From assembly GCF_963921235.1 (NCBI RefSeq), contig NC_086097.1, positions 50,222,001 to 50,286,000 on the forward strand: DNA of 64,000 nucleotides, written 5' to 3'. Made by a program: the position numbers and the translations under genes. Positions 62,775 through 64,000 of the stretch are shown here, one piece after another (position 1 is the first letter of the stretch; each line of letters begins with the position of its first letter). The notes under the pieces were generated by a model. It had not been told where the DNA came from. It saw only the letters and a list, made by a program, of their open reading frames with translations, and did no database searches. This DNA comes from Mobula hypostoma. Its lineage: Eukaryota.

Positions 62775-62950
62775 AAGAGTTGCTACGTTGTCAGAGGTGT
62801 CGTCTATCAAACGAAATATCAAACAAGGCTTTATTTTTATGCAAATATGGAGAAAGGTGCAATGGCAGTATTATGAAAATTAAATGTACAATATTTTTAT
62901 TGTGCTGATTAGCATTCTTTCAAAAGTACCATCAGTAACAGATTATTCAC
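62775..62950 (+). mobile_element. Possible DeuSINE-like remnant
   Basis: GTTGTCAGAGGTGTCGTCT...ATGGCAGTATT...AACAGATTAT resembles the Deu domain by eye. Confidence 0.4.
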
Positions 62951-63621
62951 TTAAGTCTTCTACAGTGTAAGAAAAAACACAGAAAACAGTTTAATGCTAA
63001 AATAGAGTAGAAATTATTGACCTTAGGTACTCTGGGGATCTTGGTGGTACAGCTTATCTCTGGCAAGGGTTTCTACTCCCTCCGGCATTATCAGTGGCTG
63101 CCATTGAGAATGTTGGGCTTGATTGTCTTATGTCTTCTGACTTTTGCAGAGCCTCAGTCCTTGCTGTTAAGGCTTGTGTAAAGCGTAGGCAGTATCTTGT
63201 CCATCCAGAGTCCTTAAAGGTGGTGGAAAGCTTTTCAAATGGACCATTGGAAGATAGCTATTGTGCCAGAATTGATGTTAGCCTGGTTAGAATAGCCCTT
63301 TGCTTGCGTTTTTAATTCAGTATCTGATATTACAGCAACCTTTCACTTCCTAATGTTTTATATTTTTAACAGACTAAGCTGACTATTAGCATAAATCCTG
63401 AAGATCATGTGAAAACAATACAATTAGAGGCTAATCTATTCTATTTAATAATTTAATGTGACTAATGTATAATTGAAAAGTAATGTCCATGTTGTGCAAA
63501 TGCTATTTTCAAATCATTAATTTTTCTTGAAGTTACATTATTACTAGTTTTACCTCTAAACTAATTTTAGCTGTAAACTTGAAAACAAAATACTGAAGAT
63601 AATTTTCCATTTTTTCTTCAG

Positions 63622-64000
63622 AACCATTAAGTCCTTCGTGAACCACTTTCAATTTCTGAATGTGTTAAAACTCCAAACTAATATTTTTGAAGACTATGTA
63701 CCATCAACATAACTGCTTTTATACTGTGTTAAGAAAGATTACCAGCAGCAATTTTGCAACAAGATGAAGAAAATTAGAATGCAAATATTTTTTCCTGGAA
63801 CATGGCAGGACACTCCATGAAACAAAAAGAAATAAATGGAAATGTGGAAATTTCTGTTCCATTGGATGACTGTGGATTAGATGTCAGAAATCCATTAGCA
63901 AATCAAATATATCTTAAACCTAAGGAAGCCTTCAAAAGAGAGACAATAAAATCAGATGCAAATATATCTTTTGATTCTGAAGCATTGGATTCTCAGGAGT
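63622..64000 (+). other. Probable exon containing 5' UTR and start codon; continues beyond window
   Basis: Strong acceptor TTTTCCATTTTTTCTTCAG ending 63621; non-repeat sequence ~7 kb downstream of the CpG island. Confidence 0.65.
63802..64000 (+). CDS. N-terminus of an unidentified host protein (partial)
   Basis: AACATGG Kozak context; in-frame upstream stop at 63775; open to the window end: MAGHSMKQKEINGNVEISVPLDDCGLDVRNPLANQIYLKPKEAFKRETIKSDANISFDSEALDSQE; no domain recognised. Confidence 0.6.
   Translation, partial: MAGHSMKQKEINGNVEISVPLDDCGLDVRNPLANQIYLKPKEAFKRETIKSDANISFDSEALDSQE

Noticed and set aside
1..64000. CRISPR arrays, operons or prokaryotic defence systems
   Set aside because: Sequence is vertebrate repeat-rich DNA; no regularly spaced repeat-spacer array or gene-dense block seen

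Overview
Vertebrate nuclear DNA, most likely from a cartilaginous fish (ray or shark); this is inferred from the repeat mix (CR1/HER1-type LINEs, HE1-like V-SINEs, Rex1/Babar LINEs, Penelope-like elements) and not confirmed by any search. About the first 55 kb is largely decayed and often nested transposons; most ORFs in the track are LINE fragments, their antisense shadows or noise. Four features stand out. (1) A Gmr1-type Gypsy LTR element at 11216-14783, with 5' LTR, tRNA-Pro PBS, SCAN-like Gag, zinc knuckle, protease and a collapsed pol. (2) Nine Penelope-associated minimal hammerhead ribozyme motifs, one with an intact core inside a ~120 bp insertion flanked by a target-site duplication. 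(3) Several ORF-less non-autonomous LINE derivatives. (4) A CpG-island promoter at ~56.3-57.3 kb followed by a plus-strand exon (from 63622) holding the probable start codon (63802) of an unidentified host gene that runs off the window. No rRNA, tRNA gene or CRISPR array was seen. TE family names come from motif recognition by eye, and repeat boundaries are approximate unless a TSD is quoted. Nothing here can be shown to be a new system without database searches.
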